Assembly (NCBI GenBank): GCA_963734495.1
Contig: CAVTHK010000007.1
Coordinates: 96,001 to 160,000, forward strand
Direction: 5' to 3'
DNA from: an uncultured Spirochaetota bacterium
GTDB lineage: Bacteria; Spirochaetota; Spirochaetia; SZUA-6; CAVTHK01
DNA length: 64,000 bases
Numbering within the stretch: the first letter of the stretch is position 1; each line of letters opens with the position of its first letter. The notes under the pieces are model-generated. The model did not search any database and was not told the origin of the DNA. It was given only the letters and a program-made list of their open reading frames with translations. Below, piece after piece: positions 41,031 to 48,670 of this stretch. The position numbers and the translations under genes were made by a program.

Positions 41031-42135
41031 TTCGCCCTACCTTGCCGAGCAACCGTCGCCGCCGCCGCTCGGCGTCGTCGCGCCGCAGCTCGACGACCTC
41101 GTCCCACGCCGAGTCCAGCCAGGCGAGGGCGCGCTCGGGCGTGCGCAGCTTGTGCTCCGCGTACTTTGCCAGCTCCACCGCCGCATAGGCGCTGCGGCTC
41201 GCGACCATCCGTTCCCACACATCGACCGCGCTGTCCCAGTCGCGTCGCCGCTTGTAGTGCTGCCCGAGCAGGCGCCCCGCCTGCGCGTCGCCCGCCTCGA
41301 GGCCTCGGCGCAGCATCTCGACGCCGCGCTCCTCTCCCCGCTCGAGGAGCCACGCGCCGAGCGCGGTGACGTCCACGCCCTCGGGTTCGAGACGCCCCTC
41401 GGCCAGCGCCTCGATGTGGCCGACCAGACGCACCATGGCGAGAAGGTCCAGCCGGTTGTGCTCGAACACCAGGGGCATGCGCCCCGGCTCCGACCGTCGC
41501 AGGTACTCGAAGTAGGCGTCGGGCACCTCGGCGCCCGGGATGTCATCGACGCGCTCCAGGCCGAGCACGGCCTCCCCCACCGCCGCCAGGCTGCACTCCG
41601 GCAGCACCCTGCGCCATAGCCTGCGGGCGGGGTACAGCAGGTCGATCTGGTCCGAGAACGACACCTCCAGGCCGACCAGCGCGAAACGGGAGCGCAGCAG
41701 GTACGAGTCGAACCCCTTGCCGTTGTACGACACCAGCGTCCGGGCCTGCCCGCCGAGCCGGTCCGCGAGGGCCTCGAGAAACTCGGGCTCGCCCGGGAAA
41801 TCCGAGAGGAACAACTGTTCCATCTCGACCTCGTCCCCATCGGTCGTGGCCAGACCGATCAGGAACGCCAGGGTTCCCGCGCCTCCGGACAGGCCCGTCG
41901 TTTCCGTGTCGTAGAACAGGAGGTCGCCTGCGCTTCGCTCGCGGCGCAGAGCCCGCAGTCGAAGGTCGCCCGGCAGCCCTCCAGGGACCCGCTCGACGCG
42001 TCGCCAGGTCCACTGCCCGATCCGCTCCCACTCCTCCCCCGGCGGGCAGAGCGATGGGACGGCGGGTGCCCGCCGCGGAGCGGGCGCGGACCTGGCGACG
42101 AGGTACCCGAGCCTGCGGGCCAGGCTGTCGCTCAC
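41023..42135 (-). CDS. YprB/MrfB-like RNase H-fold exonuclease with TPR-like tail
   Basis: YDTETTGL, SYNGKGFD, HNRLDL. Confidence 0.88.
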   Translation of the reverse strand: MSDSLARRLGYLVARSAPAPRRAPAVPSLCPPGEEWERIGQWTWRRVERVPGGLPGDLRLRALRRERSAGDLLFYDTETTGLSGGAGTLAFLIGLATTDGDEVEMEQLFLSDFPGEPEFLEALADRLGGQARTLVSYNGKGFDSYLLRSRFALVGLEVSFSDQIDLLYPARRLWRRVLPECSLAAVGEAVLGLERVDDIPGAEVPDAYFEYLRRSEPGRMPLVFEHNRLDLLAMVRLVGHIEALAEGRLEPEGVDVTALGAWLLERGEERGVEMLRRGLEAGDAQAGRLLGQHYKRRRDWDSAVDVWERMVASRSAYAAVELAKYAEHKLRTPERALAWLDSAWDEVVELRRDDAERRRRRLLGKVGRSG

Positions 42136-44423
42136 CTTGCCGCTCCCAGCAGGGCGCCGAGGAATTCGCGCAGCCCCTGCTTCAGGCTCTCCCCCTCGTC
42201 AGCCTCGGGGGGGCCGATGCACGAAGGGCAGCCGTCGCGGCACGGGCAGCTCCCGACGACCTCGAGGCACGCCGCGAGGATCGCGTCGAAGCTCTTCTGG
42301 AAGCCCTCCGCGAGCCCCGTCCCGCCCGGGTAGACGTCGTACACAAAGAGGCAGGGCTCGGCGAGCTCGGGGTCGCGCAGCCTCTCCGCCATGCCGATGT
42401 CGCGCGGGTCGCAGAGGAGAAAGACCGGCGCCACGTTCTGCACGACGTACCCCAGCCTCCGCATGAGCGCACCCTGGCGCTCCTCGGGAAGCCCGGCGAA
42501 CAGCGCGCCCGACTTGAGGCGCGCCGGGAACACCAGCACGATGCTGCGCGTATGCATCTCGTCTTCGGGAAGGCTGATCTCGCCGTACCCGATGTTCTCG
42601 TGCGTCCTGAACTTCAGCTTCTTGAACTTGGTTACGACGCTGCGCACGAGGATGTCGCCGATGACGAGCTCCACCCCCAGCCGCTCCTCGGCCTGGTCGC
42701 GGTGCAGGAGCTTGATGTCGCTCTTCACGATGGAGTCGGTGTAGTAGTTGACGCGCGACTCCTCGACCGTGCACCGGCGGTTGGCGAGATCGAGCTGCTT
42801 GACCACGTACTGCTCGCCCATGTGGATGTAGATCGCGTTCTCGTACAGTTGCCGCTTGGCCCCCCACAGGTCCATCTCGCCGATCACCTGGTCGCGGCCT
42901 CCGGTGGAATCGATGATGATCACGTTCTCGGGCGTGCTCGTGCGCAGGCTGACTTTTTCCGCCGGGTAGGACCGGTCGGACCAGTACCACTTGTCCCGCG
43001 AGAGGCGCACGACCCCGGCCTCCTCGAGGTGCGCGAGCAGAGGCGCCATCTCCTGCTGGGAGCGCTCCCCGTCGCTCCACGGCAGCTCGAAGACCGCGCA
43101 CTTGAGCTGGTCGAGCACGATGTACACGTTGTCCGGGTCGATCCAGCCCGATTCCGGGGACTGCGCGAAGAAGTACTCGGGATGGCTGATGATGTACTGG
43201 TCGAGCGGCGACGCCGAGGCGATCAGCACCGAGAGGCTCACGGAGCTGCGCCGCCCCGCGCGGCCGGCCTGCTGCCAGGCCGAAGCGAACGATCCCGGGA
43301 ACCCGGCCAGGATCGACGCGTCGAGCCCGCCGATATCGATGCCGAGCTCGAGGGCGTTCGTCGATACCACGCCGTCGATCGTCCCCTCGCGCAGCCCGCG
43401 CTCGATGCTCCGCCTCTCGTTCGGCAGGTACCCGCCCCGGTAGGAGGCCACGTGCAGGCCGTAGTCGTCGGTGTAGAAGTTGCGCAGGCTCTCGCGGATG
43501 TAGGAGGCGATCAGCTCCGTGCGGATGCGGGAGCGGGCGAACACGATGGTCTTGACGCCGCTCCTGATCAGGCGGCTCGCGAGGGCCTGCGACTCGAGCA
43601 CCGTCCCGCGCCGGATGCCCTGCACGGGGTCGACGAGCGGCGGGTTGTAGAGCACGAAGTGGCGCGCGCCCGACGGGGCGCCGTTCTCGTCTACGAGCGC
43701 GGTCTCCCGCTCGATGATGCGCTCGGCGAGCTCGCGAGGGTTGCCGATCGTCGCCGAGCAGCAGATGAACACGGGATCCGAGCCGTAGAACGCCAGCACC
43801 CGCTTGAGCCGGCGGACGAGGTTGGCGAGGTGCGAGCCGAAGACTCCGCGATAGGTGTGCACCTCGTCGATGACGACGAAGCGCAGCGCCTTGAGGAACT
43901 TGATCCACTTGGGGTGATTGGGGAGGATCCCGGAGTGCAGCATGTCCGGGTTGGTGATCACGATCTGGCCCTGGTCGCGCGCGGACATCCGGATCGAGGC
44001 CGGCGTGTCGCCGTCGTAGGTAAAGACGCGCAGCCCGAGCTCGCCAAAGAGCACCATCTCGTTCAGCTCGGACTGCTGATCCTGGGAGAGCGCCTTGGTC
44101 GGGAAGAGGTACATCGCCCGCGCGTCGGGCCGCTCGAGAAGGGTCTGCAGCACAGGAAGGTTGTAGGAGAGCGTCTTGCCCGAAGCGGTCGGGGTGACGA
44201 CGACGATGCTGCGGCCGGCGCGGACATGGTCGTAACAGGAAGCCTGGTGGCTGTAGAGTCTCCTGATGCCGTGTCGCTCCAGCGATTCGCGGAGGCGGGG
44301 GTCGAGATCCCGCGGGAAGTCCGCGTAGCGCCCCGACCGCGCCGGAATGGTCTCCCAGTGGGAGACATTGGCCATGAATCGCGGATCCCTGCGCAGGGAT
44401 TCCACGACTTCTTCGAGCACCAA
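42132..44423 (-). CDS. YprA/MrfA (Hrq1-like) DEAH helicase with DUF1998
   Basis: TPTASGKT, DEVH, STNALELGIDIG, QQAGRAGR, CPCRDGCPSC. Confidence 0.93.
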   Translation of the reverse strand: MVLEEVVESLRRDPRFMANVSHWETIPARSGRYADFPRDLDPRLRESLERHGIRRLYSHQASCYDHVRAGRSIVVVTPTASGKTLSYNLPVLQTLLERPDARAMYLFPTKALSQDQQSELNEMVLFGELGLRVFTYDGDTPASIRMSARDQGQIVITNPDMLHSGILPNHPKWIKFLKALRFVVIDEVHTYRGVFGSHLANLVRRLKRVLAFYGSDPVFICCSATIGNPRELAERIIERETALVDENGAPSGARHFVLYNPPLVDPVQGIRRGTVLESQALASRLIRSGVKTIVFARSRIRTELIASYIRESLRNFYTDDYGLHVASYRGGYLPNERRSIERGLREGTIDGVVSTNALELGIDIGGLDASILAGFPGSFASAWQQAGRAGRRSSVSLSVLIASASPLDQYIISHPEYFFAQSPESGWIDPDNVYIVLDQLKCAVFELPWSDGERSQQEMAPLLAHLEEAGVVRLSRDKWYWSDRSYPAEKVSLRTSTPENVIIIDSTGGRDQVIGEMDLWGAKRQLYENAIYIHMGEQYVVKQLDLANRRCTVEESRVNYYTDSIVKSDIKLLHRDQAEERLGVELVIGDILVRSVVTKFKKLKFRTHENIGYGEISLPEDEMHTRSIVLVFPARLKSGALFAGLPEERQGALMRRLGYVVQNVAPVFLLCDPRDIGMAERLRDPELAEPCLFVYDVYPGGTGLAEGFQKSFDAILAACLEVVGSCPCRDGCPSCIGPPEADEGESLKQGLREFLGALLGAAR

Positions 44424-44450
44424 CAGCCCCCTCCCAGCCGCAGGTTGTTG

Positions 44451-44480
44451 TTGACCGGTTTTTGGATTATAGCATAGAAT
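44451..44480 (+). promoter_or_regulatory. Putative sigma70 promoter of glgC
   Basis: TTGACC-18 nt-TAGAAT. Confidence 0.6.
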
Positions 44481-44503
44481 CTTCCGACGGAGGCAAGCCC
44501 CGT

Positions 44504-45769
44504 TTGGAAGTCCTTTCGATCATCCTCGGCGGCGGCAAGGGCACGCGCCTGTACCCGCTGACCAAGGAGCGGGCCAAGCCGGCCGTGCCGTTCGCGGGCA
44601 AGTACCGCCTCGTCGACATTCCGATTTCCAACAGCATCAACTCGGGCCTGAGGCACATCTACGTGCTCACTCAGTACAACTCGGTGTCGCTGCACAGCCA
44701 CATCGCGCAGACCTTCGTCTTCGACTCCTTTAGCGGGGGGTTCGTCCAGATCCTGGCCGCCCAGCAGACTCTCGACCATTCCGACTGGTACGGCGGCAAC
44801 GCCGACGCCGTCCGGCACAACATGACGCACTTCCACGGTCACCGGCCTGACCACTTTCTCATCCTCTCCGGCGACCAGCTCTACCGCATGGACCTGGCCC
44901 GACTCCTCAAGGCGCACGTCGAAAGCGGCGCCGACGTCACGCTCGCGGCCAAGCCGGTCCCTCGCCAGAGGGCGGCAAACATGGGGATCCTCGCGTGCGA
45001 CGCCACCGGTCGCGTCGTGGATTTCCGCGAGAAGCCCGGCGAGGACGACGACATCGAACACCTGCGCGCGCCGGCCAAGCTGCTCGAGGGGCAGAAGCAG
45101 GCGCCTTTCCTGGCCTCGATGGGGATCTACGTCTTCCGCTACGGCCGGCTGAGGCAGGCCATCGACAACGCGATGGCGGACTTCGGGAGCCAGGTGATAC
45201 CCGCGTGCATCCGCAGCATGAACGTGCGGGCCTACGTGTTCAGCGGGTACTGGGAGGACATGGGGACCATCGCCAGCTTCTACGACGTCAACATGAGCCT
45301 CACTTCGCCCAACCCGCCGTTCGAGTTCTACGACAGCGATCGGCCGCTGTACACGGTGAGGCGCAACCTGCCGTCCACTCGCATCTACGGGAGCTCGATC
45401 GAGCGCTCGCTGGCGGCCGACGGATCGATCATCGACCACGCCCGGCTCGCCGACTCGCTGATCGGAATCCGCGGCGTCATCGGGCCCGACGTCGACCTCG
45501 AGGGCGTCTACTGCATGGGCGCGGATTACTACGAGCGGGCGGAGGACCGCGCCGAGAACCGCAAGGCCGGCGTTCCCGACATCGGGATCGGGCGAGGCGT
45601 CAGGATCCGCAAGGCGATCCTGGACAAGAACGTCCGCATCGGCGACGGAGTGCGCATCGGCGTCGACGAGCGCCCGCGGTCCGACGGCGACTACGAGGGG
45701 TACTCCGTGCGCGGCGGCATCATCATCGTGCCCAAGAACGCCGCGATCCCTCCCGGCACGGTGATATGA
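44504..45769 (+). CDS. glgC: Glucose-1-phosphate adenylyltransferase
   Basis: GGGKGTRLYPLT, AKPAVPFAGKYRL, LSGDQLYRMD, FREKP. Confidence 0.97.
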   Translation: MEVLSIILGGGKGTRLYPLTKERAKPAVPFAGKYRLVDIPISNSINSGLRHIYVLTQYNSVSLHSHIAQTFVFDSFSGGFVQILAAQQTLDHSDWYGGNADAVRHNMTHFHGHRPDHFLILSGDQLYRMDLARLLKAHVESGADVTLAAKPVPRQRAANMGILACDATGRVVDFREKPGEDDDIEHLRAPAKLLEGQKQAPFLASMGIYVFRYGRLRQAIDNAMADFGSQVIPACIRSMNVRAYVFSGYWEDMGTIASFYDVNMSLTSPNPPFEFYDSDRPLYTVRRNLPSTRIYGSSIERSLAADGSIIDHARLADSLIGIRGVIGPDVDLEGVYCMGADYYERAEDRAENRKAGVPDIGIGRGVRIRKAILDKNVRIGDGVRIGVDERPRSDGDYEGYSVRGGIIIVPKNAAIPPGTVI

Positions 45770-47109
45770 AGGACGCTCCCGTGAGCGAGCGGAACAGGAT
45801 CCTGCGGCACCTGGACGAGGACTACACGCGGCCGTACCGGGATCCGATCTGGCAGCACATCTACCTCTCCGAGCCGCTGCTGGCGGTCACGGCGACTCTC
45901 CCCTTCCAGAAGCTCACCCGGATCAAGCAGCTCGGGCCGACCTACCTTGTTTACCCGGGGGCGACTCATACGCGCTTCAGCCACAGCCTGGGCGTCTTCA
46001 ACCTGGCCAGGCGCATGATCACGCAGCTCGTCAAGAAGGACCAGTCCGGGACGCACACGCTCGACGGCGTCAAGGCCTTTCTCTGCGCGGCGCTGCTCCA
46101 CGACCTCGGCCACTACCCGTTCGCCCATTCGCTCAAGGACCTCGCGGTCAAGCCGCATGAGCAGCTCACGGGCGAAACCATCCTCACACGGCCGGAGATC
46201 GCCCGGACCATCGAGGAGGAGCTGCGCGTCCCCGCGTCCTGGGTCGCCGCGATCGTGGACCAGAGGCTGTCGTGCCGGGCGACGGTGCCCATCCCGCTCT
46301 ACCGCAACCTGCTTTCCGGCGTCCTCGACCCGGACAAGCTGGACTACCTGAACAGGGACGCCTATTTTTGCGGGGTGCCTTACGGCGTGCAGGATATCGA
46401 CTACATCTTCGACCAGATATGCCCCCACCCCGAAAAAGGGCTCGCCGTCTCGCGCCAGGGCCTGGGGTCCGTGGAGAGCGTCCTGTTCGCGAAGTACCTC
46501 ATGTATCGCAACGTGTACTGGCATCGCACGGTGAGGGTGATCACCGCCATGATCAAGAAGGCGATCCTGATGGGTCTGTCGACCCGCGTCATCGGCCCCG
46601 CCAGCCTCTATGGGATAGACGACAGCGAGTTTCTCGCCATGATGTCGTCGGCCTCGTACCCGCCGTTCGAGCTGGCCCGCATGGCGTTCAGCAGGCGCTT
46701 GTACCGCGTCGTGGCCCGCGCGCCCTTCGTGCCATCGAGCCCCTTCCATGCCGGCCTCGAAAAGCTCGAACTGAGGCTGGAGTACGAGGCCTCCCTCGCC
46801 GCGGCCGTGACGCGTGCGGTCGGCCGCGAGGTCATGCCCGAGGAAATCATCATCGACGTGCCGGAGAGGCAGTCCTTCGAGATCGATCTTCCCGTCAGGG
46901 ACGAGGGGGACTGGGTGCCCTACGAGCGGTCAGGCACCGTATTCAGCGAAGCGGTCGTGCAGGGCTTTTCCGGCTCGCTGCGCTACCTGGCCCTGCTCTG
47001 CTCCGACCGCGACGACGTCGCGTCCGCTCTCGCGGCGCTGCAGCCCCTTTCCCCGGATCGGCGCGACTTCGTCGCCGAGCCGGCCGGGCCGCAGGGGGAA
47101 CCGGCTTGA
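45766..47109 (+). CDS. HD-domain phosphohydrolase (SAMHD1/dNTPase-like)
   Basis: IKQLG, HTRFSHSLG, LHDLGH, DPDKLDYLNRD, VYWHR. Confidence 0.88.
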   Translation: MKDAPVSERNRILRHLDEDYTRPYRDPIWQHIYLSEPLLAVTATLPFQKLTRIKQLGPTYLVYPGATHTRFSHSLGVFNLARRMITQLVKKDQSGTHTLDGVKAFLCAALLHDLGHYPFAHSLKDLAVKPHEQLTGETILTRPEIARTIEEELRVPASWVAAIVDQRLSCRATVPIPLYRNLLSGVLDPDKLDYLNRDAYFCGVPYGVQDIDYIFDQICPHPEKGLAVSRQGLGSVESVLFAKYLMYRNVYWHRTVRVITAMIKKAILMGLSTRVIGPASLYGIDDSEFLAMMSSASYPPFELARMAFSRRLYRVVARAPFVPSSPFHAGLEKLELRLEYEASLAAAVTRAVGREVMPEEIIIDVPERQSFEIDLPVRDEGDWVPYERSGTVFSEAVVQGFSGSLRYLALLCSDRDDVASALAALQPLSPDRRDFVAEPAGPQGEPA

Positions 47110-47561
47110 CCCGCAGGCAGAAGGTGATGCAGGAGCGGATCCGCCGGGTCCGCTTGCTGTTCCGAGAAGCCGGCTACCGCACCAGCGGGGCGGAGCAGTC
47201 GGACGAATCCTACAGCGCGACGTTCACGGGGCCCAAGGGGGCCGAGGGCGGCCTGTTCATCGACAGGGACAGCCGGTTCCTGGAAATCGGCTACACGTTC
47301 TCGTTTTCACCGTCGCTCTCGGAGTTCGTCAAGGAGCGGCTGGAAGAGATCATGCGGGTGGCCTACGAATACGGCTGCTACCCGAATATCGTGGCCGGCA
47401 AAGGGGAGATCGTGCTCTCGGTCTTCAGCAAGATCTATTTCTCGGGCCTGAACTACTACTCGCTGCGCGACAGCCTGCTCGACTTCAATCAGTGCGTCGA
47501 AGCCATCACCGACATCGTGGACATCGAGCACCGCGACGCGGAGGCCGGACAGTCCGAGTGA
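47106..47561 (+). CDS. Hypothetical protein
   Basis: TTGA overlap with upstream stop; coding-like composition. Confidence 0.7.
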   Translation: MTRRQKVMQERIRRVRLLFREAGYRTSGAEQSDESYSATFTGPKGAEGGLFIDRDSRFLEIGYTFSFSPSLSEFVKERLEEIMRVAYEYGCYPNIVAGKGEIVLSVFSKIYFSGLNYYSLRDSLLDFNQCVEAITDIVDIEHRDAEAGQSE

Positions 47562-47571
47562 GGGGGGACGG

Positions 47572-47799
47572 CTACCTCGCGGCTTTCAGCAGCGTGCGGA
47601 GGCCGCGGGCGCTGACCCGGATCCTCCGCTTGATGCCGTCGATGTAGACGGTCTTCTTGTGAAGGTTGACCTTGAACTTGCGGTGCGTGGTCACGCCAAT
47701 GTGCTGGCCGGCGCCGCCCTTCTTCTTCAACATACCCTTGCGCGGGACGTTGTGTCCGAATCGGGTCTTCTTGCCCGTGATCTCGCAGGTTCTGCCCAT
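47572..47799 (-). CDS. rpmB: 50S ribosomal protein L28
   Basis: MGRTCEITGK, RKFKVNL, VSARGLRT. Confidence 0.95.
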   Translation of the reverse strand: MGRTCEITGKKTRFGHNVPRKGMLKKKGGAGQHIGVTTHRKFKVNLHKKTVYIDGIKRRIRVSARGLRTLLKAAR

Positions 47800-47833
47800 C
47801 AATGTGCTCCCGTGTAAAGTCAGACGGCGGCTG

Positions 47834-47862
47834 AACCTACCGTTTTGCCGCGAAAAAGTCAA
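47834..47862 (-). promoter_or_regulatory. Putative sigma70 promoter of rpmB
   Basis: TTGACT-17 nt-TAGGTT. Confidence 0.6.
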
Positions 47863-48204
47863 GGACAGGGACGTCCTTGCCCGGCACAGCCATGCGCCCT
47901 GGTCCGGCGTACTCGCCGGAGAGGGCGATAGTGCCGGGCTGGAACACGGATGTTCTTGCCCGGGCGCGCCAGGGATGGCGTGGCGCCCAGGCTGGGACAG
48001 GGATGTCCATGTCGGCCTCGGGCGAGCGGGTCCCCCGCGAGTACGCGGGGCCAAAGCGCCTGCGCTCAGCCCGGGGCTTCCGACATCCGTGTCGGCCTCG
48101 GGCGAGCGGGTCCCCCGCGAGTACGCGGGGCCAAAGCGCCTGCGCTCAGCCCGGGGCTTCCGACATCCGTGTCGGCCCCGGGCGAGCACATCCCTGTGCT
48201 CAGT
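47858..48204. repeat. Largest composite hairpin-family element, including a 2.2 x 80-bp tandem repeat
   Basis: Left arm homologous to reverse complement of 7663-7787; 80-bp units at 48010, 48090, partial 48170; right end matches 20522-20548. Confidence 0.97.
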
Positions 48205-48487
48205 AGTGCTCGGAGAGGATCTTCGCGTCGCTCACCCGGCCCGGGATGTTGTTCTCCACGAAATGAAGGATGCGGTTCATGACCTGCTCCCCCAGCTTGC
48301 GCGAGTTGGAGACGTACGCCGCTCCCAGCTCGGCGAACGACAGCGACTCCTGAAGGTCGACCTCGGCGATCGCCACGCGGAAGCGGTTGCGGATCTTTTC
48401 CTTGAGGCTCGACACCACCTGGCGCTTGTCCTTGAGCGAAGTGCTGCCGGGGATCTCGATGATGACGCGAATCAGGGAAACGACCAT
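48200..48487 (-). CDS. DUF503 (YlxP-like) protein
   Basis: SLKDKRQVVSSLKEKIRNRFRVAIAEVD. Confidence 0.9.
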   Translation of the reverse strand: MVVSLIRVIIEIPGSTSLKDKRQVVSSLKEKIRNRFRVAIAEVDLQESLSFAELGAAYVSNSRKLGEQVMNRILHFVENNIPGRVSDAKILSEHY

Positions 48488-48670
48488 GCAGCGACCTCAC
48501 CCGCAGGCGCGGCGGCCGAAGAGCCGCGCCCCTCGGCTCGAGTCTGCGCGGCCGCCGCACTGAGGCGCGGATCCGTGGCTCGAGCCGATTTCGTCTGGAT
48601 AGGGGGCCCCGCATGTGGCAATATACACCGTAGTTCGCCCGTTGATCACGCGAAACCGGCGAGAGGCTCG

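Noticed and set aside
42132-44423. DISARM/Druantia-type defence helicase (DUF1998)
   Set aside because: The partner is a YprB-type exonuclease, with no methylase or drm genes; this fits MrfAB repair
48532-48588. TCGGCTCGAG...CTCGAGCCGA inverted repeat as a family member or MITE
   Set aside because: Lacks both diagnostic loops and is single-copy here; not supportable
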